Shown here: piece after piece, positions 1-9,135 of the stretch
How the letters are laid out: every line of letters starts with the position of its first letter
Position numbering within the stretch: position 1 is the first letter of the stretch
Assembly (NCBI GenBank): GCA_964534375.1
Contig: CAZHPN010000032.1
Span: 1-41,244 of the forward strand
Direction: 5' to 3'
DNA: 41,244 nt
From: an uncultured bacterium
Lineage (GTDB): Bacteria; Lernaellota; Lernaellaia; Lernaellales; Lernaellaceae
The notes under the pieces: generated by a model
The model's database searches: none
The model's input: the letters and a program-made list of their open reading frames with translations, nothing else
Told to the model about the DNA's origin: nothing
Program-made: the position numbers and the translations under genes

Positions 1-48
1 CGACCACCGAGATCTACACTCTTTCCCTACACGACGCTCTTCCGATCT
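1..48 (+). other. Illumina TruSeq universal adapter (technical contamination)
   Basis: CGACCACCGAGATCTACACTCTTTCCCTACACGACGCTCTTCCGATCT matches the 3' 48 nt of the P5/Read1 adapter. Confidence 0.99.
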
Positions 49-429
49 GACCAGCGCGAAGGCGAGGGCGCCGTCGAATGCGATCGCGCCGACGCCAGGC
101 GCGGGTCGCATCTGAAAGAGGTAAATCGCCGGCGGCGGCGCCATCCCGTCGAGGAACGCGCCCAGTTTCACGGCGCGCAAATCGCCTGGCGCGACATCCG
201 CCGTGCGGCGCACGGCGTGCGTCAACGCGGCGCCGAACCACCGGCCGAAGTTCTCGTGAACGGCGAGCAGGCCCGGCATCCGGCCCGCCGGGTCGCGCGG
301 CGGATCGGCGAAGTCGTACGGGCGCCACGCGGGGGAACCGCGATCGCCTCGGCCGGTTTCCCCGGCGCTTCCTTCATTGATCGCCGCCATCAAGGCGTCA
401 ATTTCGTCCTGGGTGAGCACGTGGCTCAC
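49..429 (-). CDS. fliM: Flagellar motor switch protein FliM-like, 3' end cut off by contig edge
   Basis: Manual translation from GTG at 429 (AGGGG RBS): MSHVLTQDEIDALMAAINEG...WRPYDFADP...RMPGLLAVHENFGRWF...VKLGAFLDGMAPPPAIYLFQMRPAPGVGAIAFDGALAFALV. Contains the FliM CheY-binding LSQxEIDALL-like peptide, YDF and HENFxR motifs. Not in the ORF track. Confidence 0.85.
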
Positions 430-473
430 ATTGCACCCCTGTCGCCATTCGACACTGCGTCCGGGGGAGATAA

Positions 474-489
474 AGCAATCTCTGTGCCA
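474..489 (-). promoter_or_regulatory. sigma54 -24/-12 promoter for fliM
   Basis: Minus strand reads TGGCACAGAGATTGCT, a consensus TGGCAC-N5-TTGC, about 45 nt upstream of the start. Confidence 0.85.
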
Positions 490-648
490 ATGCCGCTTGA
501 GTGATACCAAAATTCCGTCGAGTTTTCCCCGATTGGCCGGAAATCGATTATATCCTTTATTAACAGCGTGTTGCTTGACCGTCAGATGCGGCCTGACTGC
601 GAGGATCTTCTCGTTGCATCTCACGGCAAAGCTTTTTCGGCGCGCTTT

Positions 649-664
649 CGTCAACCCTTTGACG
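649..664. promoter_or_regulatory. Palindromic candidate enhancer (FleQ-box-like GTCA-N6-TGAC)
   Basis: CGTCAA-CCCT-TTGACG inverted repeat about 160 bp upstream of the fliM sigma54 promoter. Confidence 0.5.
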
Positions 665-684
665 GACCCCGCGCCGGCTGTTCG

Positions 685-2706
685 TCACGGCAGAATCACC
701 AAATCGTACTCGTGCGGCTTGCCGGTCGGCCGCAAGTCGACTCCCATGCGCGCGAATGCCTCGCGAAGTTCCGGAACAAAATCATCGCCGACCGCGATAC
801 GATTGAAATCCCCTGCCAGACTTGCCGCGTTGCCGTCCGCCCACCCCGAACGGAACGCGGCGACCGCCGCCGCGCGCCGCGCGTCGTCTGCGGCGGGTTC
901 GTACCGCGACGCGCAGTCGGCCATGAGTTGCCCGTTGGGGACGGGTTCGCTCCGTTCGCCCCAGTACGCGGCCTCGCCCCGGATCAGACTTTGGCGGCAT
1001 TCGCCGTCGGTCAATTGCGCCAGCGTGGAACAGGCGAATTCGGCGAAACCCGGGATGCGGGCCGCCTCTGCCTCGCCGGCGCGCCGCCCGCCCATGCCGT
1101 GGCCCATTCCCGCGACGAATTCCCTCGCGGCGTCGGAATCCAAGGCCCGCAATCGGGCCAGCAAATCGGCTTTTCCGGCAATGAACACGCGTTGTTTCCC
1201 GCGATCTAGCGCCTCGTCGAGAAACGCCGCCCCGGCGCCGGCGGCGACGTTGCGCCGGGCGTCGGCCGGCAACGCGTCGCCGTCCGCGAGCAAAGCCAAA
1301 GCGCGAGCCGGCCCGAGCCACTTCCCGAGGATGCGGCAGCCCTTCCCCCGCCAGCGCCGCGGCAGCCGCGCGACGGACCGCACGGCCGTCGTTTCGTCGC
1401 GCCAACTGCGCGGCAACGAGTTCTCGAGGTAGATGGGGTAATTGTCGCCGCGCCGCGCCAACAGGTCGAAATAGGTTTGCGCGAGCTTTTCCCGGGTGCA
1501 AGCGCCGTCTGTCGCCAGGTGGGCGAACCCGCCGGCCAGAAAGGGCGCGAGCAACAGCCATTTCCAGCCGCCGCGCACACTCGCGAGAAACAGCGATATC
1601 AACGCCAGCAGCGTCGGGGTGAGCGTGTACAAATAACGGGCGGTCCAGGCGGTCCACGCCACGCTGCCGCTGAGCGCCGGAATTTTCATCGTCGACAAAC
1701 CGTACGCCGCCACGTAGAAAAGGAAGTGAAATCCGAGAAAAACGGCCAATGCGCTTTTCGGCGAGCGAGGCGTTTTCGGCGCGGCGCCGAGCCAGCCGGC
1801 CACGGCCAATCCGAGCGCCGCAAGGGCGAACCAGACCGCGGAAAGCCAGCGGCCCACGATGCCGCGATATCCGGCAAACGTCGGCAACAGCCGGCCGAAA
1901 AGGTCGGTCACGCCATGCCAGACGGCCGCGGCGTGCCCCGCGCCGAGGTTCTCGGAGTAATGCGCGACGGCGGGCGGCACGACCACGGCGAATAGCGTCA
2001 GCGAAAACGTGGCGGCGAAACCGAAGGCCGTCGGCCACATCAGCCGGTAAAGGCCCGCGCGTCCCCAGCGCCACACGGCCGCCGCCGCGAGCGCCGCCAC
2101 GATCGCGAGATTGTCGAAACAGAAAAAGGACGCGAGACCCGCCCAGAGACCCAGACCCAGCGCGCCGAGAAAACGCGGCGGCGTCTCGCCCAAGCCGGCA
2201 AAGAGCCATACTAGCAGACCGGAAAACAACAGACTCTCGCTGCGACCGCCCCACGATTGGTGCAAATGCCATTCCAGAAACGGCGGCGGAACCGCCAGCC
2301 ACAAGAAAAAAATCACCGCCGCCGTCAGGCCCCAGGCGCGCCGCACGGCGAGCGTCCAAAACACCGCGCCGCCCACGACCATCAGCGCGCTGACGATTTT
2401 CAGGACGAGACACGACGAGCCGAAGCAGGCGTAAAACGGAAACAGGAACACGCCGAAAACCAGCGAGCCGGTGACCGTCGTGGCCTGGCTGTACCAGATC
2501 GGCGCCGCCAGGCCGTCGAGCAAGGTTGTGGCGCCGATGCCCGACCAGAGTTGTTCCGGATCGAAATTCGCCGCGGTGCAGAGGAACCGTTCGGCGTAGA
2601 TCAAGACGCCGAGCGTCCCCAAAACGAACCACAAACCGATCTCGAATCGGCGTCGATTTCGCGGCGCCAAGACGGCTTCGACGAGTTCTTTCGTCATCTC
2701 GCTCAC
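685..2706 (-). CDS. Polytopic membrane protein, GT-C (ArnT/PMT-like) glycosyltransferase paralog 3 with C-terminal soluble helical domain
   Basis: C-terminal ~673 aa of ORF 685..5013. GTG start overlaps the upstream TGA (alternative ATG at 2697). Many TM segments, acidic DPEQ after the first TM, and motifs QSWGGRSESLLF, FCFDNLA, RYLYTL and RRGDNY shared with its neighbours. Confidence 0.7.
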   Translation of the reverse strand: MSEMTKELVEAVLAPRNRRRFEIGLWFVLGTLGVLIYAERFLCTAANFDPEQLWSGIGATTLLDGLAAPIWYSQATTVTGSLVFGVFLFPFYACFGSSCLVLKIVSALMVVGGAVFWTLAVRRAWGLTAAVIFFLWLAVPPPFLEWHLHQSWGGRSESLLFSGLLVWLFAGLGETPPRFLGALGLGLWAGLASFFCFDNLAIVAALAAAAVWRWGRAGLYRLMWPTAFGFAATFSLTLFAVVVPPAVAHYSENLGAGHAAAVWHGVTDLFGRLLPTFAGYRGIVGRWLSAVWFALAALGLAVAGWLGAAPKTPRSPKSALAVFLGFHFLFYVAAYGLSTMKIPALSGSVAWTAWTARYLYTLTPTLLALISLFLASVRGGWKWLLLAPFLAGGFAHLATDGACTREKLAQTYFDLLARRGDNYPIYLENSLPRSWRDETTAVRSVARLPRRWRGKGCRILGKWLGPARALALLADGDALPADARRNVAAGAGAAFLDEALDRGKQRVFIAGKADLLARLRALDSDAAREFVAGMGHGMGGRRAGEAEAARIPGFAEFACSTLAQLTDGECRQSLIRGEAAYWGERSEPVPNGQLMADCASRYEPAADDARRAAAVAAFRSGWADGNAASLAGDFNRIAVGDDFVPELREAFARMGVDLRPTGKPHEYDLVILP

Positions 2707-4721
2707 GGCAAAATCACGAGGTCGTATTCCTCCGCCGCGCCGGTCGGCCGCAGGTCGATCGCCATTTCGGCGAACGCGTTGCGAAGATCCGCGGCGAAAT
2801 CGCCGTGGACGACGACGCGGTTGAAATTCGCCGCCACACGGCGGGCGTTTCCCTCCGCCCACCCCGACCGGAACGCCGCGCCGGCCGACTCGAGGCGCTC
2901 GTCTTCGGCCGCCGGTTCGTAGCGCGACACGCAGGCGTCCACGAATTGCGAGGCCGCGGCCGCCGGCGTTGTGCACCACTCGCCCGACGAGACGGCCTCG
3001 CCGCGGATCAAGGCTTGGCGGCAATCGTCGTCGGCCAATTGCGGCAACAGAGAGCAGACGAGATCCGCGAAGCCGGCGAAACGCGCATCGTAGCCGTCGC
3101 GCACGCGGCTCGCCATTCCGTATCCCATGCCGACGGCGAAGCCCTGCGCGGCGTCGCGATCCAGCCCCCGCAACTGGGCCAGGAACGCGGGCCGTCCCTC
3201 GGCGAAATCGCCATGCTGGCGCCGCCCGCGCGCCAACGCCTCGCCGACAAATTCGGCCCCGGCGCCGGCGGCCAGGTTGCGGCGCGCGTCCGCCGGCAAC
3301 GCTCGATCGTTCGCGAGCAGGTCCAGGGCGCGGGCCGACCGCAGCCAGCTTCCCAACTCCCGCCAGCCCGCCGCGCGCCAACGCCGCGGCAACTTCGCCA
3401 CGGATTGGAACGCCGCCGGCTCGGCGCGCCAGCTTTGCGGCAAGCGGGTGTGAATCCAACTGTAATAGTCGTCGCCCCGCCGCGCCTCCATGCGCGCGAG
3501 GCCCGCCTTGAAATCGGCGATCGAGTACGTTCCGGCGGAGCGAACGTTGGCGAAGCCGCCGGCCAGGAAGGGCAGCAGGACCAGCCATTTCCAGCGGCGC
3601 AGGCGCAACAGAAAGAATGTGCTCAAGGCCAACATCGTCGGCGCGAGCGTGTATAAATAACGAAGATCGAAAAAGAGATCGTTCTGAGGCGGGAGCAAAA
3701 TTTTTTGCGTCGACAAGCCGTAGGCCGCCGCGTAACAGAAGAAATGGGCGACGGCGAAGACGGCCAGTGCGCTTTTCGGCGAAGGCTGGTCTCTGTCCCG
3801 GATGCCGCGCCACGCCGCGAGCGCCAGACCGGGCGCCGCGAGTGCGCTCCAAGCAGCCGATAACCACCGGCCGGCGACGCCGCCGTAGAGCGGAAAGACG
3901 GGCAGCAACCAACCGAACAGGTCGAGCCAGCCGCGCCAGACCGCGGCCGCCTGGCCGGTGCGGAAGCTGCGCGAGTACTCGGCGATGGCGGGCGGCAAGA
4001 TCGCGGCGAACAACGTCAGCGAGAACAGGCACAAGAAACCGATGGCCGCGGGCCAGAGCGAGCGGGAGAAGGCCGCGGCCCGCCATCGCCAGACGCAGGC
4101 GATCGCCAACGCCGCCGCCACGGCCAGGTTGTCGAAACAGAAAAAGCACGCGAAACCAGCCAGCATCCCGAATCCCAGGCAAGCGAAGAATCGCGGCGGA
4201 GCTTCGCCGACGCGCACGAACAGCCAAACGAGCAGTCCCGAGAACAAGAGACTTTCGCTGCGGCCGCCGTACGATTGGTGAAAATGCCACTCCAAAAAAG
4301 GCGGCGGCAACACCAGCCACAGGAAGAAAACCACCGCCGCCGTCAGGCCCCAGGCGCGGCGAACCGCGAGCGTCCAGAAGACGCCGCCGCCGACGACCAT
4401 CGCGGCGCTGACGATCTTGAGGGCGAGGAACGTCGAGCCGAACGCGGCATAGAGCGGGCAGAGGAGCGCGCCGAACGCCAACGTGCCGGTCACCAGGTGG
4501 TTTTGGTAGTACCAAATCGGCGCCGCCAGGCCATCGAGCAACGCCGTCGCCACCATCCCGGCCGCCGGCTGCTCGCCGCTGTCGAGCGCGGTGCAGATGA
4601 AGCGGCTGGCATACGCCAGCATGCCCAGCGCGCCCAGAATCGCCCACAGGCAGGCGTCCCGCGCCCGCGCGAGCCGCGGCCTCGAGGCCGCCTCGCCCAG
4701 GCGTTTCAACAAATCGCTCAC
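2703..4721 (-). CDS. GT-C-type membrane glycosyltransferase paralog 2
   Basis: Starts GTG (VSDLLKRL) with GTGA overlap; ~672 aa; same motifs (DSGEQ, QSYGGRSESLLF, FCFDNLA, RYLYTL, RRGDDY) and a C-terminal YDLVILP. Confidence 0.7.
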   Translation of the reverse strand: MSDLLKRLGEAASRPRLARARDACLWAILGALGMLAYASRFICTALDSGEQPAAGMVATALLDGLAAPIWYYQNHLVTGTLAFGALLCPLYAAFGSTFLALKIVSAAMVVGGGVFWTLAVRRAWGLTAAVVFFLWLVLPPPFLEWHFHQSYGGRSESLLFSGLLVWLFVRVGEAPPRFFACLGFGMLAGFACFFCFDNLAVAAALAIACVWRWRAAAFSRSLWPAAIGFLCLFSLTLFAAILPPAIAEYSRSFRTGQAAAVWRGWLDLFGWLLPVFPLYGGVAGRWLSAAWSALAAPGLALAAWRGIRDRDQPSPKSALAVFAVAHFFCYAAAYGLSTQKILLPPQNDLFFDLRYLYTLAPTMLALSTFFLLRLRRWKWLVLLPFLAGGFANVRSAGTYSIADFKAGLARMEARRGDDYYSWIHTRLPQSWRAEPAAFQSVAKLPRRWRAAGWRELGSWLRSARALDLLANDRALPADARRNLAAGAGAEFVGEALARGRRQHGDFAEGRPAFLAQLRGLDRDAAQGFAVGMGYGMASRVRDGYDARFAGFADLVCSLLPQLADDDCRQALIRGEAVSSGEWCTTPAAAASQFVDACVSRYEPAAEDERLESAGAAFRSGWAEGNARRVAANFNRVVVHGDFAADLRNAFAEMAIDLRPTGAAEEYDLVILP

Positions 4722-6748
4722 GGTACGATCTCCAGATCGTACTGGTGGGAATTGGCCGTCGGGCGCAGGGTGATCCCCATTTGAGCGAACGCTTCGCGAA
4801 GTTCCGTCCAGTCCGTCTCGACGGTGATTCGATTGAACACTGCCGCCGCTCGCCAGGCGGATCCTTCGGCCCACCCGGCCCGAAACGCTGCGCGCGCCTC
4901 GTCGCGGCTCTCGCCGTCGGCGGCAGGTTCGTTGCGGGACACACATTCGTCCATAAGCTGCGGGTCGACCGGCAACGGCGGAGCGTCCCACGCGGCCATC
5001 TCGCCCCGCACAACGCCCTCGCCCTCGATCATCGCGCGGCGGCATTCGCTGTCGGTCAACTGCGGCAGCAGCGAGCAGATGAATATTGCGTCGCCATCGT
5101 TGCTAGCGCGGCTGGGCGCGTCGTATCCGACCCCGGCGACGAAGCCGACCGCGGCATCGCGATCCAGCGCCCGCATTTGGGCCAGAAACCGCGACCGTCC
5201 TTCGACGAGGCCGTCTTGCCGAGACCGTCCGCGTTCCAGCGCCTCGGCGATATAACAGGCCCCGGCGCCGGCGGCCAGATTGCGTCGCGCGTCGGCCGGC
5301 AACGCCGGTTCGTTCGCCAGCAAATCCACCGCGCGCACTGGCCGCAGCCAGCGCCCCACCGCGCGGTAGCCCTCGGCGCGCCAACGGCGCGGCAGCCTGG
5401 CGACGGACGCCAGCGCCTGCCGCTCGGCGTTCGGGCTGTTCGTCAGGCCATTTTTCAGCCAGGCGGAATAGCCCGCGCCAATCCAGAAATAATAATTGTC
5501 GCCGCGCCGGGCTTGCATCGCCGCGGCGCCGAGCTGGAAGTCGCGAACTGTGCGGGCGCCGGTCGACGCGACATTGGCGAAACCGCCCGCCAGGAACGGC
5601 AGCACGAGCAACCATTTCCAGGCGCCGCGCAATTGAATCGCCAACAACGTGCTCAAGGCCAGCATCGTCAGCGCCAGCGTATACAGGTAACGCGCGTCGT
5701 AGAACAGATTTCTCGCCGGCAGCAGAATTTTCTGACTGGACAAGCCATAGGCCGCCGCGAAACAGAATATATGGCCGACGGCGAAAACGGCCAACGCGCT
5801 TTTCGGCGACGGTTTGGTTTTTTCCCGTATGCCGCACCGCGCGGCGACGACCAAGCCTATCGCCGCGACCGCGCTCCAGCCTGCCGACAAGAACCGGCCC
5901 GCGACGCCGCGGTATCCGGCGAAAATCGGCAGCAGCCGGCCGAACAACTCGCTCCAGCCGCGCCAGAGTGCGGCCACGCGTCCGACTCGCAGAGTATCCG
6001 AAAAGCCGACCACAGCAGGCGGCAGCGCCGCGGCGGACAACCCGAGGGAAAAGGTGCACAGAAAGCCGAACGCCGCCGGCCAGAGCACGCGGAAAAGCCC
6101 CGCGCGGCCCCAACGCCAGACAGCGGCGATCGCCAATGCCGCCGACACGGCAAGGTTGTCGAAACAGAAGAAAGAAGCGAAGCCCGCCAACAAACCGAGA
6201 CCCAGCGAAGTGAAAAAGCCCGGCGGCGTCTCGTCCAGCCGCACAAACAGCCAGACGAGCAGGCCCGGAAATAGGAGGCTCTCGCTGCGGCCGCCCCACG
6301 ATTGGTGAAAATGCCATTCGAGAAACGGCGGCGGGAAGACCAGCCATAGGAAGAAAATCACCGCCGCTGTCAGGCCCCAGGCGCGCCGCACGGCGAGTGT
6401 CCAAAAGACGAGGCCGCCGGCGACCATAGCGGCGCTCACGAGCTTTAGCGTCAGAAACGAAGAACCGAACAAGGCGTAGAAGGGAACCAGCAGCAGGCCG
6501 AAAACCAACGAGCCGGTCACGTACGCGTTCTGGTAATTTCGAATCGGCGCCGCCAGGCCGTCGAGCAACGCGGCGCCCAGCAGCCCGGAACCGGGCTGCT
6601 CCGCAGGAAAATCCCAAGCCGTGCAGAAGAACCGCGTCGCGTAAATTGCGACGCCGAGCGCGCCGAGACCCACCCACAGGCGGATTTCCCTCGCGCTGCG
6701 GCTTCGCGGCGCCGACGCAGTTGGGACGAAGGGCTTCGTCTCGCTCAC
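4718..6748 (-). CDS. GT-C-type membrane glycosyltransferase paralog 1
   Basis: GTG start (VSETKPF) after a GGAG RBS; ~676 aa; motifs DFPAEQ, QSWGGRSESLLF, FCFDNLA, RYLYTL, RRGDNY and C-terminal YDLEIVP. Confidence 0.7.
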   Translation of the reverse strand: MSETKPFVPTASAPRSRSAREIRLWVGLGALGVAIYATRFFCTAWDFPAEQPGSGLLGAALLDGLAAPIRNYQNAYVTGSLVFGLLLVPFYALFGSSFLTLKLVSAAMVAGGLVFWTLAVRRAWGLTAAVIFFLWLVFPPPFLEWHFHQSWGGRSESLLFPGLLVWLFVRLDETPPGFFTSLGLGLLAGFASFFCFDNLAVSAALAIAAVWRWGRAGLFRVLWPAAFGFLCTFSLGLSAAALPPAVVGFSDTLRVGRVAALWRGWSELFGRLLPIFAGYRGVAGRFLSAGWSAVAAIGLVVAARCGIREKTKPSPKSALAVFAVGHIFCFAAAYGLSSQKILLPARNLFYDARYLYTLALTMLALSTLLAIQLRGAWKWLLVLPFLAGGFANVASTGARTVRDFQLGAAAMQARRGDNYYFWIGAGYSAWLKNGLTNSPNAERQALASVARLPRRWRAEGYRAVGRWLRPVRAVDLLANEPALPADARRNLAAGAGACYIAEALERGRSRQDGLVEGRSRFLAQMRALDRDAAVGFVAGVGYDAPSRASNDGDAIFICSLLPQLTDSECRRAMIEGEGVVRGEMAAWDAPPLPVDPQLMDECVSRNEPAADGESRDEARAAFRAGWAEGSAWRAAAVFNRITVETDWTELREAFAQMGITLRPTANSHQYDLEIVP

Positions 6749-7013
6749 GGCCGAATCTCCAACTCGAACGCGCGCCGCTTCGTGCGGGCCGCGTCGGGCC
6801 GGCACGGATGTCTTGTCCGACCGGCGACGGCGTCGGCCGTTTTCTTGCGGTGGAGGTCGCCCGGCCAATCTACAAGAAATCGCGGCGCGCGTCATGGTCG
6901 TCGACGCCATCGGCGCTTCAGAGATGTCACGCATCATACATTGACGGTTTTGGCGACGCATGGTAGTGGACTGTCACGCAGGCCGCGTACGCCAGCGACG
7001 GGGCAGCCGGGCG

Positions 7014-8429
7014 ATGAAGCCGAAAATTCTGGTGGTCGACGACGAACCCTCGATGCGGGATTTCCTCGAAATCTTTCTGACGCGCGAAGGCTACGACGTC
7101 GTTTCGGCCGCGACGGGCGAAAAAGCCTTCGAATTGCTCGACGCCGCGGCGTTCGATTTGGTCATCACCGACCTCAAGATGCCCAAAATCGACGGCATCC
7201 AAGTGTTGAAGAAGGCCAAGGCCGTCGATCCGGAAGTCCAGGTGCTGATCATTACGGCGTTCGCCAGCCCGGACACCGCGGTGGAGGCGATGAAGGCCGG
7301 CGCGCTGGACTACTTCGTCAAGCCGTTCAAGGTCGACGAGGTGCGGCTGTTCGTGGCCAATGCGCTGGAGCGGCGCCACCTGTCGCGCGAAAACATCGCC
7401 CTCAAACAACAACTCGGCGTGCGCTACGGTTTCGAGAATTTGATCGGCAGCGACCCGCGCATGCTCGAAATTTACGAGTTGATCCGCCAAGTGGCCAATA
7501 CGCCGACGACGCTGTTGATCACCGGCGAGACGGGCTCCGGCAAAGAGTTGGTCGCACGGGCTGTTCACGTAAACGGCGCCCGCAAGCGCGAGCCGTTCGT
7601 GGTGATCAACTGCGGCGCCATTCCGGCGGAATTGTTGGAGAGCGAGTTGTTCGGCCACAAACGGGGCAGCTTCACGGGCGCCGTTTCCGACAAGAAGGGG
7701 TTATTCGAAATTGCCAGCGGCGGCACGATTTTTCTCGACGAAGTCGGCGAACTGCCGCAGGCGTTGCAAGTCAAGTTGCTGCGGGTGCTGCAACAGCGCG
7801 TGATCTTGCCGGTCGGCGCCGTGCGCGACGTGCCCATCGATGTGCGCCTGATCAGCGCGACCAACCGCAGCCTGGAAAAGGACGTGGCCGCCGGGCGGTT
7901 TCGCGACGACTTGTTTTACCGGCTTAATGTCATTCAAATTCAGGTGCCGCCGTTACGCGAACGGCGCGGCGACATCCCGATTCTGGCCGAATATTTCCTC
8001 GAAAAGTACACGCGCTTGCTTGGCAAAAACATACGAAAGATCAGCGTTGACGCAATGAGCCATCTGAACGGCTACCGTTTCCCCGGCAACGTGCGGGAGT
8101 TGGAAAACATCGTCGAGCGCGCGGTCGCACTCGAAAAAACCGACGTGATCATGCCGGAATCGTTGCCGGCGGGCGTGCTGCGCCCGGAAGCGGATCGGGC
8201 CGGCGATAAACGCCGGTTGTTTGTCTCGCGACAGGGCGTCGACTTGGACGGCATCCTGGCGGAAACGGAAAAGGAATTGATCGGCCAGGCGATGAACTTG
8301 AGCGGCGGTGGAAAAAAGGACGCGGCCAAGCTATTGGGCATCACGTTCCGTTCGTTGCGCTATCGCCTCGTCAAGTTGGGCATTGAGGGGCCTGATTCGC
8401 GCGACGATCTGGAAGACGACGGCGCGTGA
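7014..8429 (+). CDS. pilR: sigma54-dependent NtrC-family response regulator, PilR-like
   Basis: Receiver domain (ILVVDDE...DLKMP), AAA+ domain with GETGSGKE, ESELFGHKRGSFTGA and FPGNVRELEN, and a Fis-type HTH ending LLGITFRSLRYRL; lies directly upstream of the pilins. Confidence 0.9.
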   Translation: MKPKILVVDDEPSMRDFLEIFLTREGYDVVSAATGEKAFELLDAAAFDLVITDLKMPKIDGIQVLKKAKAVDPEVQVLIITAFASPDTAVEAMKAGALDYFVKPFKVDEVRLFVANALERRHLSRENIALKQQLGVRYGFENLIGSDPRMLEIYELIRQVANTPTTLLITGETGSGKELVARAVHVNGARKREPFVVINCGAIPAELLESELFGHKRGSFTGAVSDKKGLFEIASGGTIFLDEVGELPQALQVKLLRVLQQRVILPVGAVRDVPIDVRLISATNRSLEKDVAAGRFRDDLFYRLNVIQIQVPPLRERRGDIPILAEYFLEKYTRLLGKNIRKISVDAMSHLNGYRFPGNVRELENIVERAVALEKTDVIMPESLPAGVLRPEADRAGDKRRLFVSRQGVDLDGILAETEKELIGQAMNLSGGGKKDAAKLLGITFRSLRYRLVKLGIEGPDSRDDLEDDGA

Positions 8430-8441
8430 CAATTTTTGTCA
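8427..8441. promoter_or_regulatory. Palindrome, candidate PilR enhancer site
   Basis: TGACAA-TTT-TTGTCA, about 120 bp upstream of the pilA1 -24 element. Confidence 0.55.
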
Positions 8442-8521
8442 ATGGCGTGCCGTTAATTGGCCGGATGCCGCGTTCCGCGGCGAGAGCGCACCGAGCGCAA
8501 TTCGCGCGAACGCCCCTGATT

Positions 8522-8534
8522 TTTCAAACACTTG
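8522..8534 (+). promoter_or_regulatory. Candidate IHF site
   Basis: TTTCAAACACTTG, one mismatch to WATCAANNNNTTR, lying between the enhancer and the sigma54 promoter. Confidence 0.4.
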
Positions 8535-8562
8535 CCTGATAATTCTTGACAAGTCACTTTTT

Positions 8563-8578
8563 TGGTCCAGAGTTTGCA
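8563..8578 (+). promoter_or_regulatory. sigma54 promoter of pilA1
   Basis: TGGTCCAGAGTTTGCA (GG-N10-GC). Confidence 0.7.
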
Positions 8579-8626
8579 AGATGGTCCCGCGGTACGTTGC
8601 ATTTTTCACAACCAGGAGGACCGGAG

Positions 8627-8986
8627 ATGAAGAACAAAGGCTTTACCCTGATCGAGCTCATGATCGTTATTTCGATCATCGGCATTCTGGCGCTGATCGC
8701 CATCCCGAACTTCGCCGCCCTGCGGCAGCGGGCCTATGACGCCTCGGCCCAGAGCGCGTCGTACAACTGCAAAATTGCGGAAGAAATGTTCTACCAGAAC
8801 GCCGGCGGTTCGGTCGGCGGCTCGTACGCCACGTCGTTGGTCCAGTTGACCAGTTGGGACACGAACCTCAACAAAGACGCGTCCGTGACGTTCATGTTCA
8901 ACACCTCGGGCTATACCTCGGGCTACACCTTCACGACGCACCACAACACCGGCAGCGCCAACGGCTACTACGTCGTCAGCAACTAG
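8627..8986 (+). CDS. pilA: Type IVa major pilin 1 (119 aa prepilin)
   Basis: MKNKG|FTLIELMIVISIIGILALIAIPNF class III signal peptide with E5; AGGAGG RBS. Confidence 0.93.
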   Translation: MKNKGFTLIELMIVISIIGILALIAIPNFAALRQRAYDASAQSASYNCKIAEEMFYQNAGGSVGGSYATSLVQLTSWDTNLNKDASVTFMFNTSGYTSGYTFTTHHNTGSANGYYVVSN

Positions 8987-9009
8987 AACGACGAAGCTGA
9001 TCGAAATCG

Positions 9010-9040
9010 GGGGGCCCGGGAAACCGGGCCCTCTGCTTTT
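9010..9040 (+). terminator. Intrinsic terminator after pilA1
   Basis: GGGCCCGG-GAAA-CCGGGCCC hairpin followed by TCTGCTTTT. Confidence 0.7.
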
Positions 9041-9080
9041 AAGTTCAGGACGCTGACTGATTGGAGGCACGGCGTCCCTT

Positions 9081-9096
9081 CGGCTCGATTTTTGCA
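9081..9096 (+). promoter_or_regulatory. sigma54 promoter of pilA2
   Basis: CGGCTCGATTTTTGCA (GG-N10-GC), about 40 nt before the start. Confidence 0.55.
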
Positions 9097-9135
9097 CCGG
9101 AATGATTGCGAACCGGTTTACGAGGAGGCCGAGAC

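Noticed and set aside
14..328. 104-aa ORF ending QIGRASCRERV
   Set aside because: The ending is translated adapter; the true coding frame is the FliM-like one.
685..5013. 1442-aa ORF as one giant protein
   Set aside because: Its N-terminal half is an Arg/Gly-rich off-frame reading of paralog 2; the real gene starts at 2706 or 2697.
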